Source: Lingula anatina
Taxonomy: Eukaryota; Animalia; Brachiopoda
NCBI GenBank assembly: GCA_051362555.1
Contig: CM120648.1
Coordinates: 3,282,587 to 3,346,586 of the forward strand
Reading direction: 5' to 3'
DNA length: 64,000 bases
Position numbers and translations under genes: made by a program. The notes beneath the pieces are model-generated. The model did not search any database. It worked only from the letters and a program-made list of their open reading frames with translations, and was not told the origin of the DNA. Shown piece after piece: positions 24,901 through 39,114 of the stretch (its first letter is position 1; every line of letters starts with the position of its first letter).

Positions 24901-27067
24901 ATGTCTCTATGTGAATCGATAAGAAGCGCCGTGAGACAGGCCCGTGTTAGAGCCAGCCAGGCTGTGGCACATATAAAAACACGAGTAAATCGGAGACATC
25001 GCCGCGGCAGAAACCAAACCCCAGTATTTGTGACCTCTCTTACTCCGATACTGTGCAACGAGGATGCAACCAATCATAAGGTAATAGTTCATTTTTTTAA
25101 CTTTGTTTGCTAACAGTGACCTTTTCATGATACAGATTTATGTATAATTTTGCTCAATGTTACTCGGAAATAAAAATGCGATTCAGGTCTTACTTTTTTT
25201 CTAAGTTCTACTCATGTAGGTAAAATTGATAGAAAACTCTGCAAATTTGCACATTTAGATTGATACAGAAGTGCACTTTTGAATGATTACACTGAATTAT
25301 GACTCGTTACATTGCAAGCCACTGGCAAACAAAAAGATATTTATTGAAAGTTTTGTGTACTATTCTATTATCTATTAATTCTTTATTATCATTGGACCGA
25401 AAGTAAATATAAATCAAATTAACGAGATCCCATATAATACTGTTCTGTCCTCATTCTATCTAGTAAAAAGCACGTTTCTCAGAAACTCTTTCATTTACGT
25501 GCACGGACTCAACACTGACACCATCACGTAATGATTACAGGTGCCACATTTATCGCAGAAGAAATGTGCTCAAAAGTATAATTCCCAGGAGAAAAGGTGG
25601 GCTCAAAAATGAAAAAAAAAAATGTAGAAAAGAATCCTTTTTTGAAGATGGCTATATCTAATTGCTGAGTAATTTTACGTTAAACGTTTATTTATATTGT
25701 TCTAGATGGTTCTATTGTTCTTTTTAGTTGGTTGTTTTGTCAGTTAACTTAAAGGTAAATAATTGTGAATGTAAAAGTCTTTCGGTCTTGCGTTTTGTCT
25801 AATGGGAGATTATTCATTTGCTCATGGCCAAATTACATGAATGCGCGCGTGTTTGCATCTACATGTATATTTGGCGAAGTGTTATGACTCGCTCAAAATA
25901 ATGTGCCAGACAAATAGGACAAGCACCATTCACCACCGAATTTAACCATACTGAAATGTACAGTAGTCTCTATCTTTATTTTTTATTTTTTTAATTTTCA
26001 ACAGTTCTTCAACCACTCTAAACCAACCCCCCGCCACGTGTCTCTCCCCAGTCACGGAGAGACGAGAGAGACTCAAGGCTTGGCGTGACGAGCTGAAAAA
26101 GATCAGAGAAGAGTACGAGCGCGTGCAGGATGAGAACTGGGCCTCAGAACCAGTGAGAAGCACTTTTAATTCACTCTTAAAGCGCTGTTTGCAGTGGCGT
26201 TCTCGTGAACGAGGGCGCACGTTGCCATGTACTTAGGTCGTAGGTTTAACACGTGTGGTGTAAAGTCCTTACTGGTCATTTCGTGTTACATCGTGATCTG
26301 TCGTCATAACACCTGTAACAGAAGTGTGGTCCGCTAGTAATTGTCGCCTGAGTCTATTTTCCAATAGTTTTAGTCGTGTTCACAACCAGTTGATTCTAGT
26401 TAGTCCGAGGGTCAAATATGGTGCACACTTGACCTTCCACGTGCGCCGTCCTAGCAGGGGCAGATCTATTAAATCTCGACATGCTTTCGGGTGGGTCGCA
26501 CCATATTTGATCCGCGGACTAGTTAGAACCCAAGACGTCCACTCCCAGCCTACCATACTCGTCACAAAGACAATTTTCCTTTCCCAAATTAATTCATTTG
26601 TAAATGTTTACTGCGGCTAATTAGTGATCATTGTCTTCTGGTTAGCTTGAAAATGTAAATTTATATTGAATTGTTGAACGAGTACTTCATGTTTATGTAT
26701 TATAATTATTATTATTATCAAGGCTGAAATTCACGAAACGTTTGACGATATAAGCAGCGTACACAAAGACATCAATGAAAGTAGGCCTACATGTACATAT
26801 CTTGGAAGTAGCTCACATTGTGACTGAAATTTGCTCCTTACATCATATAATCACCCGTGTTGCTTTATTCGTTCACAGACTGTGCGCAAAAATCAAGAAC
26901 TGTACGAGGCACTCTGCACACTAAATGCAACGGGAGGTGAATTCATGGCGAGTGAAGACGGGGAGATACCGGAGCCTTCGGGATACTTCGGCTCCGTCCG
27001 GAAATCGCTGAAAATTCCGCGCAAACGTGCGCGTCGCCCAGCAGTCTCCGAGAGCAACTATGAGTGA
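24901..27067 (+). CDS. Small uncharacterised multi-exon gene (exon chain not fully resolved)
   Basis: ATG exon 24901-25080 ends at AAG|GTAATA. GC-richer exon-like blocks with splice signals lie at ~25483-25540, 26005-26152 (ERRERLKAWRDELKKIREEYERVQDENW, coiled-coil-like), ~26722-26780 and 26879-27067. The phases could not all be reconciled. Confidence 0.45.
26393..26530. repeat. Inverted repeat / MITE core
   Basis: ttctagttagtccgagggtcaaatatggtgc pairs with gcaccatatttgatccgcggactagttagaa. Confidence 0.7.
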
Positions 27068-28191
27068 CTTTACAGTATATTTTTGTTCGATAGTATTAAA
27101 ATTTTGTTTTAGGTATATACGTCAAAATGACAGTGGAAACAAAAAAGAAATGATGTTCGTTTAATTTCTATCATGAAAAATAAAGACAGTGTTGATTTAC
27201 AAATTAATACAGCATACAGATTGCAAATGTGAAGAAAAACAGACAAAATAATAATCTAAGCATTGTACTTGCTGTTTGCTGTTGTTTGTTTGTTTATTTA
27301 TTTATGTATTTATTTAATTATTTATTTTTGCCTAAACTATACACTTTTGAAAGTATTTATGTCCCTAAAGCCTGGGTTACAATGCGCTTTCAATCTTTTG
27401 GCAAGCTTTTAACAACCACAAAATCTGGCGGTCGCTTGCAATCACTTTGCAAGCTAAATTAGAAGCTTTGGCATATTTTGATAGACAATCACTCTCAAAA
27501 CAGTGTGACAGGAGTGGTAGTCCGCTAGGAACCGTGGTCCCCATTACTTTGTACAGTTGACATCCGTCCCATATACTAACAGTAAAATCGTACCCCAATA
27601 CTCCTACTAACCCTAACCTGTACTAAGCATATGGGACCCCGGACTTCCATTTCGTAGGACTACCACTCCTGTACGTCACGCCGGTTGCAACAAGGTTGCA
27701 GTACGGTATCTGCGACCTCTTAGGCTCTATTCCCATAGATTTTAGATCGATCTATCCCCGCGGGGAGTCTCACTAGATTACTTTCAGATAATCCGACTTA
27801 AATGTCCGTCCCGCCTACTACAAGCTGTGAGGGGGTAATTAACTTTCGTGTCCGTCCGGCTGACAGCTATTTAGCGTGAACCCCCAGGGAGTTAGGTCGA
27901 TCTAATCTATGCAAATGGGGTGTTAAAGACCACATTCAAGGTTAAGTTTACCAGTCGCACACCTGTCAACAATAATTGAAAACTGGTTGGCCAGTTAGAA
28001 AATTTTATGGCACAGACTGACCGAGTAGCCACAATATACATATCTTGACTTTCTTTGTCTCAAATGAGCTTATACAATATGGCGCATGTGCTGAGCTTTC
28101 TTACATGTAGACCCGGTTTGGTGAGCTTTTCAATGCACGCTTAAAATTGGGGCCGAAGTAAGTTGGTATGTTTATGGATCACTTTTTTCCG

Positions 28192-28358
28192 CAGGGGCGG
28201 ATTTAGGCCGTCTTCTGGGTCTTCCGGATGACGGTCAGATTTTCAAGTTTACATTAACGGGTATCTAGTTTTTCTGTAGGAAGACAGTCAAAAATAAAGA
28301 ATGGATCAACAAAGATAATTTGGAAGACTGTCAGAAAATATCTCTGAATCCGCCCCTG
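28192..28358. mobile_element. MITE with CAGGGGCGGAT termini
   Basis: caggggcggattt ... gaatccgcccctg, flanked on both sides by TTCCG. Elements with similar ends occur at ~10158 and ~32057. Confidence 0.8.
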
Positions 28359-28608
28359 TTCCGTGTGTGCTTTGGGAATACAAGGGGAATTACAGTATAG
28401 TGGCAGTGAGAAGTTGTAGAATTGGTTTCGGGTAAAAATGACACAGTTTCAACTATTCATATCCGTTCATATGTTTTGGTAAACATTCATACGATTTACG
28501 ATTACTTCAACGCAGATATTATAATTTATTCATTAAAGACAGCAAAACGTCGGGCACTTATGAGGGCGTCTAAGAAGTGAGTTAATGATACAATAAAAAT
28601 CAGATTGA

Positions 28609-29119
28609 GGCAAGGCAAAATTGATAAATTGGTTAACGAGCACGACCGACCCTAAAGAAATCGATTTTTATCAAAAATTTTATCACCTCACTCTTTACAA
28701 TTGAAACAAAATTGAGGTTTAATATCTATCGTTCATAGAAAAAAACCCTTTCTGATAATTCGTGGGTTTCTTTTCACCAGAAATCAAATAATATTTGCTA
28801 GCTGCTGTATTTCAGAGTTTATAAATCTTAGCCCCATTTTCATGTTGCAAATGGTGTTTCACCTACCCGCTTTTTGAATGTGCGTTCGTGCGTCTTCGAT
28901 TTTAAACACATTTTCGTGTACCTAGTATTTTAATTAAAAAAAATTGTTTGTTTAATTTTTAAATGCATGTTGATATTTTAAGGGCTATAGAGTTACTAAA
29001 AGTGCTACTGATCCTGCTTTCTATAAGCATCATTTATCATTAAAAAAAAAAGAAACGTCTGCCGAACCTGTTTTCAGAGAATCTCCAGTTGTAAACCAAC
29101 TTATCAATCTTGCCTGGCC
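28609..29119. mobile_element. Non-autonomous DNA transposon with ~30-bp TIRs and TTGA/TTAA flanks
   Basis: ggcaaggcaaaattgataaattggtt ... aaccaacttatcaatcttgcctggcc. Confidence 0.7.
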
Positions 29120-29885
29120 TTAACGTTCAGAGCACGTCGACACATATGTAGGTGATTGTGACCTTAACGTAATACGTGTACATTCCACGTAGGAAGACGG
29201 TGCCATCTGATCTTAAATCAGGATGCGCTCTTTCACCGAAGAATTGAATAAGCATCATTAATCGATATATAACGTAGATTCATTGGATCAATAGCTACGA
29301 TTTTATGAATCATCAGCAGAGCCTGCCAGACACGGACACGTGTGTAACCATATAGCCTAAGTTCAATGGCAGCCTGGATACCCTTGAGGTCATGATCCCT
29401 GACCCTTGCGGTCATATACACTATATGTATATAACCAAGTCAGACAGTTTGATATTACAAAGGCTCCATCCTATTGATATCTTGGATTTATAGCATCCAC
29501 TGGCACTTATAGGTATAGCAGACGAACTATCCAAAAATTGGGACAGAAAAGTACTGGGGACAGGAAACCAGAACATCTCATCTGGATGTTAATATGAGGC
29601 ATTGAGGCATATTTTCTTGGGAAGAGGCAAAGAGACATTCTTATTTGATCGAGCAAACAGGGTATGGTTTATTTCCGTGAAGACATTCTGACAAAGGTGA
29701 GCAATTTACTTCCTCCACAAAAAGACAACGATAACGTCACAACATTCCCCTTTGGGAGAAACGGGTCAACTAGTCACTGTCTTAGCAATCTCTGAAACCT
29801 CACGTTTACCTTTGAAAAGGCCGCTGGAAATTATCAAACAAAATAAAATAATCACGCAGCTGTTGGCATATTTCCTGGTGTTGAC

Positions 29886-31865
29886 ATGAAGTCCACAGTT
29901 TTCTACCTAGTGCCTTACAGAAAACCAACGGCATTATCAAGGACGTTTTCTATTTACATATGTGTGACAATACTATTTACTGCTGTTTATATCAGTATAA
30001 ATTGGCAATTTGACGAGTCAAAAAACCGGCCTATTGCCAAGGCGTCCTCCAATAAACCTGACGTGCCAGATTGTGTTCCGCCTGATCTTAAACTCTTCCC
30101 TCCTGAAATCATGGCGTTTAGGAAGAAAGTAGATACAGTGCGATGTAACCGGGATGCACGCCCGAACTGGGTTTACGTCGAAAATGGAAAATATCGCATT
30201 TCTCGAGAAGCTTGCGAGAGCCAGGGCAAGATAAGTTGCTCGTATGTTCCAATACTACGGGATATTGATGACTACACTGTGCGCTTGGGAAGTAAAACAG
30301 ACTTCGTTGATGGAGATCCGTTAAAGTTTGATTTTTCTGAAGTACATTGTACCTCTCCAACCACAGGAGAGAATTACACAAACTTAGTGTCTGGGATAGC
30401 GTACAACGCTTCTCTTTTCGCACGTGCCAATAGCACGCCAAGCGGGCGCAACGCCATGGGTTTTAATCTTCTGATGATAGGCTACGATAGCGTTTCTCGT
30501 CTATCTTGGATGCGCAGCCTGCCAAAGACTTATCAGTACTTCACCAAGAACCTGAATGGGACTGTTTTAGAAGGATACAACATAGTTGGTGACGGTACCA
30601 CACACGCGCTTTTCCCTATTCTTACGGGTCTCACTGAAGAGGAGCTTCCGGAATCCAGGCGCGGGAAACCCGGCGCTGTGTCTGTTGAGGGATTCCCATT
30701 TGTCTGGAAGGATTACAAAAAGCATGGCTTTATCACTCAGTGGGCTGAGGATGAACCCAACCTTGGGGCTTTTCATTACAGATTGCTTGGGTTTAATGAA
30801 ACACCTACAGACCACAACATGCGTGTGTTCTACTTGAGAAAAAATGAAGTATCGAAGATGTTCCAGAGATTTTGCCTTGGTTCCGTGTCCAGCCACCAAA
30901 ACCAGTTAAACTGGATCAAAGAAGCTATTTTGATGTACCGGGACAACCCCAAATTTATTTTTAGTTTTCACGGTGAATATAGTCATTATAGACATGACAC
31001 AAAAATTCAGAACGCCGATGAAGAACTTGCTGAATTTCTTAAGAACCTCAAAAAAGATGGTCATCTTGATACAACTGTGCTTATTTTAATGGCAGATCAC
31101 GGTGCTCGCTTTGGAATTTTGCGAGAGACTTTTCAAGGAAAGCTGGAAGAACGCTTGCCCTTCTTTTCATTTCGTTTTCCTATGAAATTTCGAAAGCTTT
31201 ATCCCGAGGCTTATAGAAATTTTCTTATCAATGCGAAGCGCCTGACATCCCCGTTTGATATACACGCCACTTTTATGGACATGTTGAATTATAATAAGCA
31301 CTCAGAGACTGAGAAAGGGAAACTAAAACGCGGCATCAGTCTTTTTAAAGAGATTCCTCTTCAACGGACATGCGCTGATGCGGGGATAGAGCCTCATTGG
31401 TGCGCGTGTCAAAAATGGGAAAATATAACCATTAGTCACTCGGATGTCACTAAAGCTACTAGTGAGGTTTTGTCAACAATAAACAAAATGACCATAGAGA
31501 AGAAGGACGAATGCGAACGCCTAAGAGTAGAACGAGTGATTTCAGCCATAAAAATGTCTCCAGATAATGCGAAAGTATTGACCTATTTAATGGCTTCTGA
31601 TTATGACGGTCGAGTGCCTAAATATTCCATAAATGAGACAGTCTTCTCGATCGAAAATGGCACGTTCTATCAAGTTACCATAGAAACACACCCAGGACTT
31701 GGGCGTTTCGAGGCTACGGTATACCAAATGCCAGACGGAAAAACCTTCAAATGCAGTGACAGCTCCATCAGTAGAATAAACAAGTATGGCAAGCAACCAC
31801 ACTGCGTAATGAGGGCTTTCCCACATCTCCGACCTTACTGTTACTGCAAAAAGCAGAAAAACTGA
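29886..31865 (+). CDS. DUF229-family type II membrane protein (alkaline phosphatase/sulfatase superfamily), intronless CDS, 659 aa
   Basis: N-terminal TM segment. Family-typical motifs: IGYDSVSRLSWMRSLPKT, GYNIVGDGT, WAEDEP, PTDHNMR, MADHGARFG, QGKLEERLP, RLTSPFDIHAT, RTCADAGIEPHWCAC, SRINKYG..PHC..LRPYCYC. Confidence 0.9.
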   Translation: MKSTVFYLVPYRKPTALSRTFSIYICVTILFTAVYISINWQFDESKNRPIAKASSNKPDVPDCVPPDLKLFPPEIMAFRKKVDTVRCNRDARPNWVYVENGKYRISREACESQGKISCSYVPILRDIDDYTVRLGSKTDFVDGDPLKFDFSEVHCTSPTTGENYTNLVSGIAYNASLFARANSTPSGRNAMGFNLLMIGYDSVSRLSWMRSLPKTYQYFTKNLNGTVLEGYNIVGDGTTHALFPILTGLTEEELPESRRGKPGAVSVEGFPFVWKDYKKHGFITQWAEDEPNLGAFHYRLLGFNETPTDHNMRVFYLRKNEVSKMFQRFCLGSVSSHQNQLNWIKEAILMYRDNPKFIFSFHGEYSHYRHDTKIQNADEELAEFLKNLKKDGHLDTTVLILMADHGARFGILRETFQGKLEERLPFFSFRFPMKFRKLYPEAYRNFLINAKRLTSPFDIHATFMDMLNYNKHSETEKGKLKRGISLFKEIPLQRTCADAGIEPHWCACQKWENITISHSDVTKATSEVLSTINKMTIEKKDECERLRVERVISAIKMSPDNAKVLTYLMASDYDGRVPKYSINETVFSIENGTFYQVTIETHPGLGRFEATVYQMPDGKTFKCSDSSISRINKYGKQPHCVMRAFPHLRPYCYCKKQKN

Positions 31866-33655
31866 GACGCGGTAAGCGCAGATACTCAAGACATTCTTCA
31901 TTACGCGCCATACTAACTAAGTGAAGATGTCTTGAATTCAATTACCTTAAAATGATCTCGAGAAATTAAAACTTAAAAAGCTATTTAATTTGTGCCGGTG
32001 TGGCTGGCAACCGTTTTGTTCACTGGGCAAGGTGCCAAGCAAGATTATCATAGATCAGGGGCAGATCCAGGATTATTTGAAGGGGGGAATCCAGTTTTAT
32101 TTTAGGAATGACAGGGTGGGGAGCTTCAGCGGGCCCCCGAACCCTTGGGGTGGGGTTCGGGGCTGAAGGGACTCCGAAATTTTGGGTGTTTTGGAGGGCT
32201 ATTTGGTACGGTTGACAACTATGATTCAGCTAGTTAAAATTTTAATTTCAAGAAGGGACTACTGGTGTGTGTGTGTGTGTTTTTCAGAAACCAAAGGAGG
32301 GGGTGTCAGGACACCTCTGACCCCCCCCCCCTCACCCCCACTGCAGATGATGGTGCAGGTTTTTAGATAATCAAAAATAAATTGAAATCTTGAAATACTT
32401 TCTTTTGTTGTGTTATCGTAAGTATTTTGCAGGTCCAAATGAAAGACAATATAAAGGTTCTTTTGGTTGACTCTTATTCTTTTTGGCACAACCGTGTGAT
32501 AAAAAAACATAGGTAACCAGTTAGTACTAGTACACATGTACGTGCACATTTTGCTGGCAACCTCTTTACAACTGGAATCTTAACATGGTGAGTAAGGGCC
32601 TTCCACACCGACTTTCTCTAGATCTAGGACTACAGCATTCCAGTCAATAAGTATATTGCGTTTGTCACATAATCAGTATTACTGAAATGATACTTCTCCA
32701 CTCCCTTGTCTCTTGCGTGCACTGACGACTGAAATTAGTCAAGAAATAAATAAATAAAACAGAAGAAATGACATCTTTGAAAAGGCTACTTTCATTGAAA
32801 TAGCACTACATTTTCAAATAATGTGAATATCATTGCACTTTTCTATGCACTAAGTTAAAATTTAATTACCACTACTATCGAGGCTAATAATATTTAAATT
32901 ATGTACGAAAATGAAAATTAAGCGGCTATGTCGGCGTCTCTCTGCTCAGTCAGGGTAGAGGACTTGCAGTGCGCAGACCACGAGGGAACGAAATCATGAA
33001 ATTATTCGTCTTACAGACTGGGAATTTTTGCACTGCGGCGAGTGCCGTACTGGTAACCGTTATTAAAGACATGAAATAACAAACTACTTACAAGGTGTGG
33101 GGGCCACGTCAAGCAGGTGGCCTTAAATATGCCGCGTTTCGCCCACAAGGTTCGTCATCTCGATCTAAAATTCTCTGCCTTCCAGCGTGGCATCCTGAAT
33201 ACCTGTCCCTTGGAGTTCGTCTTATTTGAATAACAATACGATAACAGGTAAGACTGATCGCAGACGAAGGATTGCGTTAGAGAAGACAAACCTGTGACTA
33301 AAACACATTACTAGGAGCCAGCGCACCCGATACTTAAAAACTTCCTTTTACCCATCTTACTCTTTTTCCTAAAAAAATTAGCTCAGTTAAGATACCATGC
33401 GTTCACCTTTTTCCCCAAAATCAATTAATAGGCTCGAGTAAAGTGAAATTTAGTAAATCTTAATAAATAAATGAAAATAAAATAATCAGAGACATAATAC
33501 ACACCAAGGTGGTACATTTTAATCATTTATTCCACGGCATTTTGAATATTAAAAAAATCTAGTTAGTAGTGCATTGCAGAAGCCTGGCAAACAGTCAAAT
33601 AGCCCAAGCTAGTTATGGCACTGGTACGTGGCACTATCTTACAGCTCGCCGACGG

Positions 33656-36600
33656 TTATAACGACAGTTTTTTGTTTTTTGTGGCAGCCCTTAAGGCCTC
33701 TTCTGCAGCAGCATGCCCAACTTGATGGACGTCCATGTAGATCTTAATTAATGCCTCTGGGAGGAGAACTTTCATCAGATAGTCCAAGTACTGAAAAAAA
33801 ATGGAATTTTTGTGTATTGGTAATTTCAAACCTGATTGCAATTTGTCCTAAGAGGCGTTATTGCCCAGAGTGTCAATGCTGGTTTATAGGTGGCGCCATA
33901 TACATTACTAGCAAATGACTGGCAGATTTGGCCAAACATGAAAAAAAGGATCTTTCAAAGCTAACTAGACCAGCACAAATGGGAAATTTTAACAGACTGT
34001 GGCTTTGGATTAATTTTTCTATCATCTATAAATTACATCATCAGATTTGTGTCAGTTTTCATCGGAAATGGTATTTTTCAGAGGTCAGATTTTCTCCTAG
34101 AGACCAGCGGACTGAAAAGTAACAGGCACGTACAGCCCAGTGTACAGGCAACATGTTACTACTGTACCTTGTTGTGCTTCTTGCAGAATATCTGTATCAA
34201 TGTTTCCATCACTGCATCGTTCTGGCTCTCAAGGTACACACACAGGCTGGCCTGGTTGTGGTCCAAATTGTCTGCAATAGAAAAGAAAATACACACCGAG
34301 CTAAAATAGAAATGCCCAACACAATACTTTAATAAACTAATCAACAGTTACATTTAGGGTTATACAGTTATACATCTTAAATTATACAATGTGAATTTTG
34401 TTTAGTGTGCTACAGATTATCGTACAGTTATAGGAAAACATCATCTCATTTGGACTTGCCCATTACGTTACACAAATAATTCACAATGGGCATTTAAATT
34501 TTTGCTCAGCCAGTAATTGTTCCTTCTTCCAGGACCTAGCATATGGAAACTTTATCACTTAGTCCAGACATTCATAAATATATCTATGGAACTTAATACA
34601 CTTAAAAACTTTTGTATAAAAAGAATGTCGTCCAGCTCACGTTTCAAATCATCAGAAAAGTTTGTACTGTACATTAGCAGTGTCCGGGCTCTCGGTGATG
34701 CATTTGTATTAGCTATAGATTTAATAATTTCATTCATAATACATAAAGTGTGCTATACTAGTATGCATGTTAACAAATTTCTTTGTTAACCACGTTTGAA
34801 ATTAACAATGAGTAAGATGTTTGCTTTTCAATGAAAACAAATGTGTACTACAAGAGTGTTTTTCACTTATTACGTATAATTCCACTGTCAACTTCAAACT
34901 TTTGTATATACAATTATTTTCCATTTTTCAACTCACATCTGGAAACACCGCCTTTCTTGTACTCTTCATGTCGAAGGCAGGACCTCTGAAAATCAGAATC
35001 AAGTTTCATCATTTTTTTTTTTTTTTTGCTTAATCATATAATGGTTTTAGTCATATTACACATCAAAGAAAAAAGACACGAGTGGCATAATATGCTTTAA
35101 ATAATATTTGTTAATAATGAGATAAACGAAATGCTATTTTGAAGCTGTTAGGGGTATTTCATTTAGCAGCTTCAATAGATGGGTCGATCCTGTTAGATGG
35201 AAATGGGTATGGGCATGGGGTCTAATAGTAGTTATAGCCTAAGCACAAATCAATATTGTTTAAGGCAAGACCCCAATGTTTCCCTGTTTCTCACCTTGCC
35301 TTCAAAGATCTGCCTCAGATATTTTTCATTTTTCTCCACCATGTATCTCAGCTGATCATCTTGAAGTTGATTCACATTCCTGAAAGAACTCACCGTCATT
35401 TAGGCTGCAAATCTAACTCTCAGTTCAAATTTAAATATGTTAACTGTTTCCCCCTTTTGTGATGTAATATCAGTAATGTAAAATTATTGATTGTGTCAGT
35501 TGGACTAATGTATTGGCCCTTTCAGTAATTCCATTGTTATACAGTTACTGTAATGATTTTATATTTATCTTAAAACATTTAAACACCTAGCAGCAAAGGC
35601 ACTGCGTATGTGTGATCCTGATCTATAAACTGTTTCCCCCTTTTGTACTGTCAGTGCTAGAACATGCAGCCGCCTGTGATAATTTCTGTACAATTTTAAA
35701 TTGCTTTCCTTTTTGTAATCAGTTCTAATCTATATAGTGCTGCCTCCTATTGTAATATCAACACCACACTATGTACCTGATATTTCTAATATCTTGCTCC
35801 ATGGCATCCACATCAGAGTCATCTTCAACATGAATCACTTCATCTACACTACCACCAATCCTGCTCGGGGACCCTGTCTCCCTCTCCAGACTTATGACAT
35901 CACTGTGAGGTTTTACTACATTTCGAGAACTACATGTATGCCCAGTGCTCTCTACATCAGGAGTAAAAGACATTTGTTTGTCTGATACAGTCTCTTGTTT
36001 CTTATTGCACAATTTGGTTTGATTACCATGCTTTTGTTGCATCGAATCATGGTTCTGGCTCAAGTCTATTTCTGGCAGTTCTTCATTCTGTTTGGATAGT
36101 TTGATTTTCTTGGAAGGATATACAGTGGAGGACTTGCTGTCTTCCTCTGTCTCTTCTAATTCACCTCTGGGGTCAGCATCATAGGCATTTACATCATCAT
36201 TATTAAAATCAGACACATGCTCCAAACTTTCTTGTACATGATGCTGTTGTTTGGAATGGTTGCGAAGTCTCTTTGTAATTTTGATGTGTTTCTTGGACAT
36301 CTTCTCTCCCTCTGATAACAAACTACTACTCATCTTACACACTGAATGGCTTTGTCTGATGGGTTTATCACTATTTGCTTGCTGTGTTGCTTGGGGATGA
36401 CTTAAAGCAAAGGCATTGGCAGTAACAGCCTTCTCAGTGTGATACCCCACAATGCGACTCTGCGACTGCTCACTATTTTCTTCATCTCCTGATTGTGTTT
36501 TCTCAAATGCTTCACCCGGAACATCGGGGGAAAGTAATGGCAGTCTAGTCTGAGTGGATAATTTAGTCTTCCTGAACTTGAATGTCCTCTTTGCAATGTT

Positions 36601-39083
36601 GTCTACGCCCTGTGGATCAGATGGGGCATTAGTAGAGTGGGACTTGTCTTCCTTAGGTTGTGTTGTAAGCTTTGGCTGCACCGTCAGCCGACTTTCTTTA
36701 GATATTTGATTTCGTACAGATAACGCTGAAGGAACACTCGCTGCAGATGGTGCTACTGGGCAACTTTCTGGTGATGACCTCCCAGGCCGACTTCCTGTAA
36801 TAGATGGCGCTGACAACCGACTTCCATTAAATGGAGCTGACAACTCCCTTTTAGTAGATGGTGCTGAAAATGGACTTCCTGTAGATGACAGCTGTCTGCT
36901 AGAAGACTGCTCACTGACATAGCCAGCTTGTGTGTCTGCACTCTCTAAATTCACTTCTGATATCTGCTTCCAATCTGTACTAGTTTCACCTGAACCTAGG
37001 TTTTCAATGCCCCTATCATTTGTGGTGGCTGAAAGAATTGGTTGGTTACTGTCTTTCCTGGGGGCAGATTTTTCAGGGTTCCCTGTTTTGCTCGCAGTAC
37101 TTCTTGTCCTCTTTACCCTTTTCTTGATATTCTTAGCTTTCCCTCTGTCTACTCTGAAAGAACAATAGCATTAAATCTGAAATAAAGGTCACACTACTTT
37201 TTAAATTGCCTCGAAACAATGTCTAACATAACAAACTGTGATAATACTTACATTTCTTTTAATTGAACTTTAGTCTTGCTGGCAGCATCTTTGCCTGGCT
37301 GGAAATATCCACTGAGCTGTGAACACTGGCCCTGTTTTTGTAGGGAAAACAGCAAGCTTAATTAAGAGTTGGCCTGCTGTAAACAGTTTAACTGATAAAT
37401 TTAAATGAGGTCCAATTTCAAAAATTACGGCAACCCAATGCTACTGATCTTTAATTTATTCATATCTAATCTACATGGTAATTTTACAAAAAAAATTAAC
37501 ATACACAAGCCTTCAGGTAACTCTACAGAAGTTGTCACCATATAACTTAAATTAACTTTTATCTAGAATAAAAGTCATGAAACAGATTTTTTTCTGTGGT
37601 ATAACCTAAAATCACTGTGAACATTAATTTTAAATTATATCATAAGTGGAACAAATTTAACAGTGCCAGTGTCCAAGTTATGCTATTTAATATTTACCGT
37701 CTCTGCCACATGACAGTCCTGACTGACAACTGCTCTCACTTTACACCTCCCAATATAATAAGACATCCTTTTTCTCTGGTTTCCATCTGAAAAAAAAAAA
37801 AAAAACAGCACCTTGTATTAACACCAAAGACTAAGAAATGTTATACTTCAAAATATATGGTTCTTGTGTAGTGTTAGCTGAGCTCACCAGAATGCGTGAC
37901 AAGTCAAAGTTCCCATTGGATTCTGGTGATGGTAAAAAAAAAAGTAACGGGTTGATAATTTCAATCAGCAAGTTTCCTAATATGAACTGATCTATCACTC
38001 ATTGAAATGCTCATGTTTAAATATTAAAAATTTGAAAATAACTGATAGGCCTTGCATTATTTGTGTCTAATTGATAAATGAAAAGATTGTAGAGTGAGAT
38101 AAGCATATCTGTTATAGATAAACAATGTTGCTTTCAGAGTTACAATCTTTTAACATTATGGTGACTTCAAAATATATATTTCAATGTGTTGTCATATGGC
38201 AGTAAAACCTTGATAGTTTTTCATACAAAAACCAAGCAACTTTTAAGTTCTCTTTCACACATACAAGCTGTGGTAAAAAGGAAAATCCTAAAAGGGAAAT
38301 TAATCTTGCCATTTCCATCTTTGATAACTTTGGCTAACTTGATTATTGTTTAACTACTGTATATCAAATCAAAAATTTATCTAGACAGTTTCCAGAACAT
38401 CTATTAGATACTTACCTTGCTTAGCATTAAGAAGAAGGCTGTGCTGAAGTCTTGAGCATTTTTTCACAGTATACTGAATATTATAACCCATACCTAAATG
38501 TATGTACAAATTCAAAGATATGACTAAGTTCTCATATTTGACCAAGAAAATAGGACCAAAATTGCTATTTCATCTTGGTAATTACTAGTTTTAGTTAAAC
38601 TTATGGTACTTAAACTAGATAGTACTTAAGGTCATTTGACTTTTTCCTGCATTTTTTATTTCCAAAACTTTGCTTTTCGGTTCTGATTTGCTCTCAAAAT
38701 CGATTTTCTGATTTCACAATATATCTGGGAAAAATTAACAACAAATCATTCATTCATTCATTCATTCACTCATTCACAAAAAATTTCATAGTTTTAACAT
38801 TTAACTAATCAGTTCTTCAAATTCAACCAGTGAAAACTGTAATTACAGTTTGATTCATTATTTTCATTTTATTTAAAATACACTGAGTTTAAATTAACTG
38901 TTTCTGACCATGTGCCATTCACCTTTCAATTCGCCAGTCACACAATCAGGCAATTTCTTATTTTTCTGTTCTTCTTTGGGTTTGGTCTGCCACCGCTGAC
39001 TGTCCTGCCAGTCTTGTAATACAGGCTTCAACAGGGTCAGGGTCTCCTGTAACAAAGTGAGAAATCAAATTGAATTTATTTCT

Positions 39084-39114
<31 letters not shown>

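Noticed and set aside
32930-33000. tRNA or tRNA-derived SINE head (gctcagtcagggtagag)
   Set aside because: Only an A-box-like stretch is present; there is no B box or cloverleaf.
34555-34737. 60-aa ORF inside an intron of the SLX4IP/MUM1-like gene
   Set aside because: The flanking exons join in phase without it, and it has no recognisable motif or clear splice sites.
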